Made by a program: the position numbers and the translations under genes. From a bacterium (lineage in GTDB: Bacteria > SZUA-182 > DTGQ01 > JAFGSM01), in contig JBLIRP010000003.1 in assembly GCA_049472355.1 (NCBI GenBank), positions 2,636 to 66,635 of the forward strand: a stretch of DNA of 64,000 nt, in the 5' to 3' direction. Within the stretch, counting starts at the first letter, position 1; the number at the start of each line of letters is the position of its first letter. The notes beneath the pieces are model-generated. The model saw only the letters and a program-made list of their open reading frames with translations, did no database searches and was not told the DNA's origin. This document shows, in pieces, positions 9,835 through 18,540 of the stretch.

Positions 9835-10428
9835 TGCTCTCCCCCTACCTACATGTGTTTTACGTACGAGAATCTCGGATATTGTTTTCTCGCATGATTT
9901 TTTTCTCTCATTCTTGGGCAAGTTGCCTGCGGAGTTCATCAGGTCCGATCTTAATAATGAGCACAGCACTCGGTGGACAGGGCCAAATCTTAAAAACAAC
10001 TTAAGCTACTGAGAAGAGATCATGCGTAATTGTATGACCGCGATTCCTGAATTTCAAGCCCCTTTCCCGGTGAATGCCACGCGGTAAGGATAACAAGACC
10101 GAAGCGGCCTTTCTGCAGACCTGGAACTTTATCCTGCCTGGCATCTGCCTGAGAGAGGTTTTTTATTTTTACGAGATACGCTATACTGGGATATATTCCT
10201 TGATGACAAAACGTGCATCCTCGTATTCGCACAGCAGCGATTACGTCGCACCATTCTCTCCATTTATCAACGATGTTTGCCCGTGTGGCAGGGATGGCAG
10301 ATTTACAGGATCTTCTCGGTCATGGATTTATCGTGGAAGATTACAGAATGGAAAGGTCAATCCAATCCCATCGCCGGGGATGTGCCGTGGGATATCCGGT
10401 GGGCATTTAGAGGACTCCTGGACGCATC

Positions 10429-11118
10429 ATGATGGAAGTCATTATGGATATTCCGGTCGAATTGGACCTGGGGGCACTTTTTAAGAGGGCGGGCATAGAG
10501 CCCGATACGACCGAAGCGGAAGGATTCGAGTGGCTTATTCAAGAGGTCCATGTTCAAGCAAGCCCTAAGGCCATTTATAAGGCCGCATTTATAGAGGCCA
10601 AGGGAGTGGACACGGTTGTCATCGATGGGGTTGAATTTACGAGTCATGTGTTGAGGATGAATCTGGACAAGGCAGAGCGGGTATTTCCCTATATCGCCAC
10701 CTGCGGTCATGAACTCGACCAGATCCGTCTCCCCGAAGATGATGTGCAGGCGCATCGCTGGCTGGATGTGATCAAGGCGGAGATATTGAGACAGTGTTTG
10801 CGGTTTTTGAAGGACCTGCTGGACCATAAATACATGCCCGGAAGGACCTCCACAATGAACCCCGGCTCCGGAGATGCGTCCGTGTGGCCGATCGAGCAGC
10901 AAGGGGCGTTGTTTTCCCTTTTTGGGGATGTGCAGCGCCTCATCGGTGTAACACTCACGGAAGACTTTGTGATGATTCCCGATAAGACGGTATCCGGGAT
11001 ACGATTCCCGACCCAGCTCGACTTTCGAAGCTGCCAGATCTGCAGGAAAGAAGATTGCCCCCTGCGAAGGGCCTCATTTAACAGGGATCTGTGGGAGTCC
11101 CTCATGCGGGAGCATTAG
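10429..11118 (+). CDS. Stand-alone protein resembling the B12-dependent methionine synthase activation domain
   Basis: YIATCG, NPGSGD..WPIEQQ, IGVTLTEDFVMIPDKTVSGI, C-terminal CQICRKEDCPLRR. Confidence 0.75.
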   Translation: MMEVIMDIPVELDLGALFKRAGIEPDTTEAEGFEWLIQEVHVQASPKAIYKAAFIEAKGVDTVVIDGVEFTSHVLRMNLDKAERVFPYIATCGHELDQIRLPEDDVQAHRWLDVIKAEILRQCLRFLKDLLDHKYMPGRTSTMNPGSGDASVWPIEQQGALFSLFGDVQRLIGVTLTEDFVMIPDKTVSGIRFPTQLDFRSCQICRKEDCPLRRASFNRDLWESLMREH

Positions 11119-11427
11119 CAATGGTGTAGAGGCAGGCGGAATAGAGAATAGGGCATCCCTAAGCATACTCGGCAGTTCGTGGATACCCTACTATGAGCCT
11201 GCCCGGGGATATTGGGTCTATCCTTCCCAACAGACCACCCTGTCGGTCAATGCCATCCAGTAGTGACACCCTGTTGCACTCAATCCGGATCTCCCTCCGA
11301 CCCGGAGGGCGGACCGTGAGGTAGTGGGAATCCGGCTGAAGCCGGCAGGGTGAATTGAAAATGGTGGGTGCAGATCTGAAAAGCCGGAAGCATAATTAGG
11401 CGGATGCGCCCTGCCTGGTGAATAACA

Positions 11428-11457
11428 CAAGGGGCGACCTTGAAAGGCCGCCCCTTG
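11428..11457 (-). terminator. Intrinsic terminator of the small secreted-peptide gene
   Basis: Stem CAAGGGGCGGCC/GGTCGCCCCTTG followed on the minus strand by TGTTATT, about 40 nt after the stop. Confidence 0.6.
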
Positions 11458-11494
11458 ACGGAAAGATCAAACACAACGTAAGAATTGGTTCAGA

Positions 11495-11635
11495 TCACTT
11501 GTTGACGCGTACCTGCTTCTGTACCACCTCACCCTGTCCTTTATCACCCCTGTTCTTCCCCCCGCTCGCATACACAGGGGTGGCTGCCAGACCCAGAACA
11601 AAGGCAATCAACATAACGATAGCTGTCTTCTTCAC
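11495..11635 (-). CDS. 46-aa secreted small protein, missing from the ORF track
   Basis: AAGGGAGA RBS, GTG start, MKKTAIVMLIAFVLGLAATPVYA|SGGKNRGDKGQGEVVQKQVRVNK*, followed by a terminator. Confidence 0.75.
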   Translation of the reverse strand: MKKTAIVMLIAFVLGLAATPVYASGGKNRGDKGQGEVVQKQVRVNK

Positions 11636-12078
11636 GTGATACGTCTCCCTTCTTTGATAGGTTCACGTTGTACAAAGATCTAACTACTTATGAGAATATA
11701 CTAATATTCTTTAATAGCAAATGCAAGTGGAAATTCTCTGCCGGAATTCTCCGACTCTATCTTTTTTACCAGGACCTGCTGGCCTCAGGCCGGACCTCAA
11801 GCCTGTTAAGCGGCTTTAGGGAGAAGGTGTTGCCGATTTCTTTATGTCCAAGGAGAGGGTGCAACTTCACCTCTTCCAGATATGCTCAAAGATGGAAAAA
11901 CTCGGGTCTGGCCTTTATATCGAAGGGGAGAAGGATAGGTTCGTCTTTCCTAACGCCTTAGGGGATGTTGCTCCATAGGATTAATTGCTTGAAAGTGCAA
12001 GCGTTGGTATATGGGGTGTATTTCTAATATATAAATGATTTGCATTATAATACAATTTGGTATTATTATGTAAATATT

Positions 12079-12948
12079 ATGAAGCGTTACAATGATAACC
12101 TTATCAGACGGTCTGAAATCCTCCAATTGATCATCGTTCACTGCTTATATTCCTTGAAGGAAAGCAAGGACATGTTCCTTCAGGGAGGGACAGCCATCCG
12201 GTGGTGTCATAACGGCAGCAGGTTCTCGGAAGACCTTGATTTTGTCATCCATGGTGATGCAAAATTCACCGATGCTGTTATGAACAAAATATTCCAACAG
12301 CTTCGAAGAGAGGTCATCGCACATTTAGGACTGGGCACCCTCGATATCGTATTCAAGAAATCATCCAGAGCCTATTCCCATGTTTACTACTGTGATTTCG
12401 TCCCCGACCGGGAACGGGGAAAAATCTCCGTCAAGGTGGAGTTCGAAGAATTGATCGAGGACCTCTCTCCTCATACCGACAGGATGATTCTCTCAATGCT
12501 GCCGCCGGTCCGCCGGCTTATCGCTGCCGGAGAATTCAGGATCCCCACCCCCAGCAGCATTATTCTCGTTGAAACGATGGAGGAAATCCTCTCCGATAAG
12601 ATCAGGGCCTTACTGGAACGAAGGTACCTAAAGGGAAGGGATTTTTATGATGTCTGGTTCCTGAACTCATTGGGGATTACCTGCACGGAAGAGAACATCA
12701 AGAGAAAGCTTACCATGTATAAGACGGCATTTGTCCAGCACAGGCAGATTGATTTTTTCCTGAAACCGAATAAGGAGGAGAGACGGGAGATTGTCGAGGC
12801 CGTTAAGCAGGATCTCTCCCGGTTTTTACCTCCGAATGAGATGGCATTTTTCGAAGGTACGGATTTCGATGCCGTTTTCGATTCGTTGAGGATTGTGTTA
12901 TTACCTCTCAGGGTCATGGGGAAGAATGATGAAGGCAAAGTCCGTTGA
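12079..12948 (+). CDS. abiEii: AbiEii-family nucleotidyltransferase toxin (type IV TA)
   Basis: LQGGTAIR, RFSEDLDF, EILSDKIRALLER..GRDFYD. Confidence 0.9.
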   Translation: MKRYNDNLIRRSEILQLIIVHCLYSLKESKDMFLQGGTAIRWCHNGSRFSEDLDFVIHGDAKFTDAVMNKIFQQLRREVIAHLGLGTLDIVFKKSSRAYSHVYYCDFVPDRERGKISVKVEFEELIEDLSPHTDRMILSMLPPVRRLIAAGEFRIPTPSSIILVETMEEILSDKIRALLERRYLKGRDFYDVWFLNSLGITCTEENIKRKLTMYKTAFVQHRQIDFFLKPNKEERREIVEAVKQDLSRFLPPNEMAFFEGTDFDAVFDSLRIVLLPLRVMGKNDEGKVR

Positions 12949-13492
12949 CGTCATGCGTTTCCTGCCGGTATTGTTTAGATATTCGGACACCCTTAAACTG
13001 GTATCAAATCCAAATGTCTTTTTAACCCGCGCCTTAAAGGCAGGGTATGTGAAGCGTATTGCCAGGGGAATATACTACAATACCTTTAAGGAGTTGCCGC
13101 AGGTTGAAGAAGTGGCCTGCTTTGTGAGAACCCCATCCTATATTTCATGCGAATGGGCATTGAATGCTCATGGCGTGATCCTCCAGGTGCCCTCGGTCTG
13201 TTCAGCGATAACATTGAGCCCATCCGTCGGGAAGCGGAACACCGTCACCTATAAAGGTATTGTCATTGAATATTCGAAGATTGCCGAAAGGCTTTTTCGC
13301 GGATATGAGACAAAGGGTGGATTCAATATGGCAGCACCGGAAAAGGCGCTGCTCGATGCCGTTTATCTCAGGGGGTTTATCCCGTTTGCCGATGAACTGG
13401 AGATCGAGAGGCTGCATATCAAGCAACTGAACAAATGGCTCCCGCTTTACCCGAAATCCGTGCGCCAAAAGCTTGATCCGCTGTTTCAATAG
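12926..13492 (+). CDS. abiEi: AbiEi-like antitoxin/transcriptional regulator
   Basis: RIARGIY, PSYISCEWALNAHGVI, AAPEKALLDAVY. Overlaps the toxin gene. Confidence 0.85.
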   Translation: MMKAKSVDVMRFLPVLFRYSDTLKLVSNPNVFLTRALKAGYVKRIARGIYYNTFKELPQVEEVACFVRTPSYISCEWALNAHGVILQVPSVCSAITLSPSVGKRNTVTYKGIVIEYSKIAERLFRGYETKGGFNMAAPEKALLDAVYLRGFIPFADELEIERLHIKQLNKWLPLYPKSVRQKLDPLFQ

Positions 13493-13933
13493 ATCCCTGT
13501 CATCCAAATATCCAAGGAAGTTGCCCGAATATCCAGGGAATTCGAGGCTCCCGTAAAAGGGATACGAATTATAATGCAAGGGGAGCCCTTAAAGGTCAAG
13601 ACCCCAAATCTCCTGTCATGCCGCTTATCCTGAGTTTACAGTCAGAAGAAGCGATAATGTGCCATCCATCGTGTCGGAGCGGTAAGGTGTTGTTTCCCTA
13701 TTATCTAACCGCTATCTAAAAGTCCAAAAATTCCGATCTATAAAGTATACATCAAGAATATTCATATGAAGGTTTTTGACTAATTATTTGTTTTTATAAA
13801 CATTCATCATTTGTTGTGATTGCCGGGTCATCGTGGTCATATAAAAATTGCGTCGAAACCATTATCGATGCGCCATGATCGACCGACATCACGGTTGTCG
13901 CTGCCAAGTCGACTAATGCACAAGGGCGATGTT

Positions 13934-14398
13934 ATGGAGGATGGTTTCAAACCCAGGATCATCATCTTTTGCTGTAACTGGTGCGCCTATGCCGGCGCAG
14001 ATCTTGCCGGGGTAACCCGCCGAAAAATAAAGCCCTATTTCAGGGTGATTCGGACACTCTGTTCCGCCCGCGTGGACCCGGAGTTCATCATGCATGCATT
14101 CAAGAAGGGTGCGGACGGCGTCATGGTGGCCGGGTGCCATCCGGGCGATTGCCACTACATCGGCGGGAATTACCGCACCCGCAGGCGAATGGCATTGCTG
14201 AAGGCCATGCTCATCCAGTTCGGCCTGAACAAGAAACGGTTTCGGCTGGAGTGGATCTCTGCTGCCGAGGGTGAGAAATTCGCCGCAGTAGTCAACGAGT
14301 TTGTGGACACCATCATTGAGCTGGGCCCCAGCCCCTACCGGACCATGATCGAGGAAAAGCGGGACAAGGAGCAGGCTGTCCCGGCACATACGGGATAA
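13934..14398 (+). CDS. mvhD: MvhD [2Fe-2S] subunit
   Basis: FCCNWCAYAGADLAG, CSARVDP, GADGVMVAGCHPGDCHY, WISAAEG. Confidence 0.95.
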   Translation: MEDGFKPRIIIFCCNWCAYAGADLAGVTRRKIKPYFRVIRTLCSARVDPEFIMHAFKKGADGVMVAGCHPGDCHYIGGNYRTRRRMALLKAMLIQFGLNKKRFRLEWISAAEGEKFAAVVNEFVDTIIELGPSPYRTMIEEKRDKEQAVPAHTG

Positions 14399-14434
14399 GC
14401 GCTCATGCCGCATTGTGGCGCCACGAAGAATGAG
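14399..14434 (-). repeat. Copy of a dispersed intergenic repeat
   Basis: Reverse complement TCTCATTCTTCGTGGCGCCACAATGCGGCATGAGCGC closely matches 46758-46796. Confidence 0.7.
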
Positions 14435-14477
14435 AGTGTAATTTTATTTTCGGGATAACTGAATCGAGGCACGAGGA

Positions 14478-15527
14478 ATGTCGGAAAAGATCACCATAGC
14501 CCTTAAACGGGGGGCATCATGTGTGGGGTGTGACATAGCCGTGGTGAACTTCAACGAGGCCCTGTTCACGCTCCTGAGCGTGGCGGATATCGTGTTCTCC
14601 CCGACCCTGCTCGATGTGAAGTATGACGACCTAAAGAGGATGCCCTCCCGATCCATTACCATAGGTTTCTATCACGGCGCGGTCAGAAACTCGGACAACG
14701 AGGAGATGGCGCGGGTCATGCGGGACAAATGCCAAATCCTGATCGCCTACGGGGCGTGCGCGCACATGGGGGGCATACCCGGGCTGGCCAATGTGACCAC
14801 CAGGCAGGCGATCCTCGAGCAGGTCTACCATAACACCGTGACCACCGCAAACGGGGACCACGTGTTCCCCCAGGAGCGATATGTGGATGAGGCAGGCCAT
14901 GAATTGACGCTCCCTGCATTCTGGGACGAGGTGAAGGCATTGGATGATGTGGTGGAGGTCGACTACTATGTGCCCGCCTGTCCCCCCACCCACGACATCA
15001 ATATGCAGATCCTGAATGTGGTCAAGGCCTTTGTGGAGGAAGGCACACCCCTTCCCCCCAAGGGCACGGTGATCGCCTCCGAAAAAAACCTCTGTGACGA
15101 GTGTGAGCGGAAACGAAGCGATCAGTTGAGCGTGGAGCAATTTGTCCGGATCCACGAAAAGGTGTTTGATCCGGAGAAATGCTTTCTCGAGCAGGGGATT
15201 ATCTGCATGGGGCCTGCCACCAGGGCCGGCTGCGGGGCCGTGTGCCCCGGCGCGAACATGCCGTGCCGGGGGTGCATGGGGCCGACCGCAGCGGTATCCG
15301 AGCAGGGTGCCTCCATGCTCTCGGCCCTGGCCTCCATCTATCGGATCAGCGACCGGGAGAACGAGCTTGCCGAGGAGCAGATCGAAAGGCTCATGAGCCA
15401 GATCACCGATCCGTTGGGATGCTTCTACCGTTTTTCGCTGCCCAAGTCGGAGTTGGGCCGGGTGGTGAGGGACATCAAGACACCGGCACAAAAGGCGCCG
15501 GAGAAGGTGAAAAAGGGGAAGGAATAA
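14478..15527 (+). CDS. mvhG: Group 3c [NiFe]-hydrogenase small subunit
   Basis: SCVGC, GACAHMGGIPGL, PACPP, CDEC..CFLEQGIICMGPATRAGC..CP..CRGCMG. Confidence 0.92.
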   Translation: MSEKITIALKRGASCVGCDIAVVNFNEALFTLLSVADIVFSPTLLDVKYDDLKRMPSRSITIGFYHGAVRNSDNEEMARVMRDKCQILIAYGACAHMGGIPGLANVTTRQAILEQVYHNTVTTANGDHVFPQERYVDEAGHELTLPAFWDEVKALDDVVEVDYYVPACPPTHDINMQILNVVKAFVEEGTPLPPKGTVIASEKNLCDECERKRSDQLSVEQFVRIHEKVFDPEKCFLEQGIICMGPATRAGCGAVCPGANMPCRGCMGPTAAVSEQGASMLSALASIYRISDRENELAEEQIERLMSQITDPLGCFYRFSLPKSELGRVVRDIKTPAQKAPEKVKKGKE

Positions 15528-15530
15528 AAC

Positions 15531-17030
15531 ATGCCGCAGATCTGGGACAAAACACACAAGGCAGCAACACGGCACATCCGGATCGAGCCGGTCACCCGTC
15601 TGGAGGGGCACGCCAAGATCGATATCTTTCTGGACAAGGACGGGAACGTGGAGGACACCTATTTTCAGGTGGTGGAGCTGCGGGGATTCGAGGAGTTCTG
15701 CAAGGGCCGTCCAGCCGAAGAGATGCCGAGGATCGTGACCCGCCTGTGCGGGGTGTGCCCATGGCCCCATCATATCGCATCGAGCACGGCACTGGACAAG
15801 CTGTTTGATGCACCACCCCCCGTGCCCGCCCTGAAGGTCCGGGAGATGGGGTATTGCGCCCATATGCTGGAGAGCCACCTGGAGCATATCTATGCCCTGG
15901 GACCGGCGCCCGATTTTGTTCTGGGGCCCGCAGCCGATCCCAAGAAGCGGAATGTGTTCGGGGTTATCGAGGCGGTCGGGCTCGAGGTGGGGAAAAAGGT
16001 GATTGTCCACCGGGGGTATGCCGTGGAGATCGAGAATATCGTGGGCGGGAAGTCCACCCATCCGGTCTTCAGCATACCGGGGGGCATATCCCATCCGATC
16101 ACCTCGGAGCAAAGGGACAGGATCAGGACGATGGCGGACCAACTGGTGGACTTCTGCGAATTCACCCTCACCATCGTCAATGACGTGATCCTCTCCAACA
16201 AGGAGTACATGGATATCATCCTGAATCAGGATCTGTACTATCACCGCTCCTATCACCTGGGGATGGTGGATGACGACAATCGATTGACGTTCTACGGAGG
16301 CACCCTGCGGATCATGGACCCGGAGGGAAACGAGACGGCCCGGTTCTGCGATGAGGAATACGCGGACTACATAGCCGAACACCCGGTGCCCTGGTCCTAC
16401 CTCAAGTTCCCCTATCTCAAGAGGATAGGGTGGAAGGGGATCACGGACGGCATGGAGAGCGGCCTGTACCGGGTGGCACCCCTTTCCAGGCTGAATGTGG
16501 CGGACGGGCTCACCACACCCAAGGCCCAGAAGGCATACGAGACATTCTTCAGCACCCTGGGAACAAAGCCGGTGCAGAATTCCCTGGCCTTTCACTGGGC
16601 GCGCGCCATCGAATGCCTGTATGCTGCCGAACGATTGCAGGAGCTTGCCAATGACGACGAGATCCTGAGCAGTGACCACCGGACGATCAGCAGGAATGTC
16701 GTAGGGGAGGGCGTGGGTGTCATAGAGGCGCCGCGGGGCACCCTGTTCCACCATTACAAAACGGACGGAAACGGCATTATCACCGATCTGAACCTCCTGG
16801 TGGCCAGTGCCCAGAACTATGGCGCCATGAACATGGATATCAAGAATGTGGCCCGGCATCTCATCAGGAACGGCGAGATCAGCAACGGCATCCTGAATAT
16901 GGTGGAGATGGGATTCCGCTCCTACGACCCCTGTTTTTCATGCGCCACCCATGCGGCCATCGGCGAGATGCCCATGCAGATCCGGATCTTCAACAGCAAC
17001 CGGGAAGAGATCAAACGCATATCACGATAG
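15531..17030 (+). CDS. mvhA: Group 3c [NiFe]-hydrogenase large subunit
   Basis: PVTRLEGH, L1 RLCGVCPWPH, EAPRGTLFHHY, L2 YDPCFSCATH with a C-terminal extension. Confidence 0.95.
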   Translation: MPQIWDKTHKAATRHIRIEPVTRLEGHAKIDIFLDKDGNVEDTYFQVVELRGFEEFCKGRPAEEMPRIVTRLCGVCPWPHHIASSTALDKLFDAPPPVPALKVREMGYCAHMLESHLEHIYALGPAPDFVLGPAADPKKRNVFGVIEAVGLEVGKKVIVHRGYAVEIENIVGGKSTHPVFSIPGGISHPITSEQRDRIRTMADQLVDFCEFTLTIVNDVILSNKEYMDIILNQDLYYHRSYHLGMVDDDNRLTFYGGTLRIMDPEGNETARFCDEEYADYIAEHPVPWSYLKFPYLKRIGWKGITDGMESGLYRVAPLSRLNVADGLTTPKAQKAYETFFSTLGTKPVQNSLAFHWARAIECLYAAERLQELANDDEILSSDHRTISRNVVGEGVGVIEAPRGTLFHHYKTDGNGIITDLNLLVASAQNYGAMNMDIKNVARHLIRNGEISNGILNMVEMGFRSYDPCFSCATHAAIGEMPMQIRIFNSNREEIKRISR

Positions 17031-17048
17031 GGGGAGGCATTCAGATCA

Positions 17049-17540
17049 ATGGCAACCGCAACGGACACCCTGGTCATCTACTTGGGCAACCCCATCATAA
17101 AAAACGACTGCATCGGGATCAGGATCGGACGGCGCCTTGAAGAGGACCTCAGCAATCACACGAATATCAGCATCCGTGAGTTCGTGGGCTCCCCCCTCGA
17201 CCTGATCACCCATTTTGCCGGATATCAACGGGTGATACTCGTTGACTCGATCATGACCGGCAGCATGGAGATCGGCACCGTGGTGCTGTTCAAGGAGGAC
17301 GAGATCCTCACCCATGCCGGAAACTACCATTCCCTGCACGGGATCAATCTTCCGGAGGCCCTGGCCCTGAGCAAACGAATGGGAATGGATATGCCCCCCC
17401 ATATCCTTTTGGTGGGCATCGAGATCGGGGATGCGGGCGAGTTCGGCGAGACCCTCTCGGAGGATCTCCACGGGCAACTCGAGGGTATCTATAAGAACGT
17501 CCGTTCGGTGGTATCCGGGTTTGCGCAGATGGAGATGTGA
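17049..17540 (+). CDS. Hydrogenase maturation endopeptidase
   Basis: LGNPIIKNDCIG, ILVDSI, SLHGINL. Lies directly after mvhA. Confidence 0.9.
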   Translation: MATATDTLVIYLGNPIIKNDCIGIRIGRRLEEDLSNHTNISIREFVGSPLDLITHFAGYQRVILVDSIMTGSMEIGTVVLFKEDEILTHAGNYHSLHGINLPEALALSKRMGMDMPPHILLVGIEIGDAGEFGETLSEDLHGQLEGIYKNVRSVVSGFAQMEM

Positions 17541-17542
17541 TC
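17418..17542 (+). repeat. Left copy of a 125-bp direct repeat (3' end of the maturation protease gene)
   Basis: Matches 32948-33072 with 6 mismatches and no gaps (offset 15530). Confidence 0.95.
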
Positions 17543-17830
17543 GGGCTTCCCTTCAATAATATGGGCCGTTTTTCGAATATTGACTCAAAAACAGGAAGTC
17601 TCCCTATTACGTAACCTTCGTTGCCTTGCCGAAAACAACGGCGGCCCCCGTATTTCATTCGGCAGCTTATCGCCTTCCATGGTTGACACGGAGCGATCCT
17701 TTTGATTATATTAAAACATATTCAAGCCGAACTCAGTCGAGAAAATTCACCTGAAGAGACTAAGGAACGCTATATCTGAGCCCCGCGGGTGATTCAGGGG
17801 GATTATCAGGCATATAAGAATAAATAGACA

Positions 17831-18040
17831 ATGCCAAGAAAAATAAGAGATCTCATCAAAGACTTGGAAGCTGTAGGATTCATCAACAGAGGAGGAAAGG
17901 GAAGTCATCGGAATTTTGTGCATCCAAATGTCAGAAAACCTATTACCATTTCCGGAAGGGATAGTGACGATGCAAAACATTATCAGGAGAAGGCCGTACG
18001 GCTTGCTATAAAGGAGGCAAAAGATGAGAGAGGGGTCTAA
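17831..18040 (+). CDS. hicA: HicA-family toxin
   Basis: LEAVGF..GGKGSHRNFVHP. Confidence 0.9.
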   Translation: MPRKIRDLIKDLEAVGFINRGGKGSHRNFVHPNVRKPITISGRDSDDAKHYQEKAVRLAIKEAKDERGV

Positions 18041-18263
18041 ATATGTAAAGATTATCGAGTGGTCCGAGGAAGATAACTGCTTTATAGGGAGTTGTCCGGA
18101 GCTTTTCTATGGAGGATGTCATGGTGATAACGAGCATGACGTTTTTGATGAGCTGTGTCAAATTATCGAAGAGACAATAGAATTGTATAAACGGGATGGC
18201 AAGCCGTTACCCCGTCCGCTTTCAGGAAAGGACTTTGTCAATAAAATGCAGAAGGTTGCATAA
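18024..18263 (+). CDS. hicB: HicB-family antitoxin (short form)
   Basis: IEWSEEDNCFIGSCPEL..GCHGD..GKPLP. Overlaps hicA. Confidence 0.9.
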   Translation: MREGSKYVKIIEWSEEDNCFIGSCPELFYGGCHGDNEHDVFDELCQIIEETIELYKRDGKPLPRPLSGKDFVNKMQKVA

Positions 18264-18420
18264 ACAATAACAGGGACAAATACCTTTGAGCTTACCAACC
18301 CCTTTCCTAAAACCCAGGGCTTGTTTACAGGGTCGCTGCCGTGGCAACGCTCATCTAAGGGGATGCCAGGGCGGGTCCGCTACGGAATTATGTGTACCAG
18401 CAGTATTATTATCCAGATGA

Positions 18421-18458
18421 ACCCTCATGCCCATTCAGGGCATCACAAGGCATAGAAA
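18421..18458 (-). repeat. Degenerate copy of the dispersed intergenic repeat
   Basis: Reverse complement TTTCTATGCCTTGTGATGCCCTGAATGGGCATGAGGGT resembles 46758-46796. Confidence 0.5.
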
Positions 18459-18540
18459 TCTATTTTCTGAACGAGGCAATGTCGATGGATTCCACGATGG
18501 TACAATTCATGGATGATACGTCAGCCAATGCGCGCCATTC

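Noticed and set aside
10270-10340. Possible HepT/DUF86 fragment (RVAGMADLQDLLGHGF)
   Set aside because: The resemblance is too short and lacks the R-x4-H motif.
11160-11420. GC-rich hairpins downstream of the MetH-like gene as a cobalamin riboswitch or ncRNA
   Set aside because: No B12-box or other recognisable consensus was found, and the position is 3' of convergent genes.
14631-16859. Long antisense ORFs (742 aa here; also 931-2256, 44372-46165, 52520-53893, 54437-55618)
   Set aside because: They shadow well-supported genes on the opposite strand in GC-rich coding DNA and show no recognisable motifs.
13934-17030. Possible selenocysteine recoding in Mvh or Hdr subunits
   Set aside because: The usual Sec positions are Cys codons and the frames have no internal TGA.
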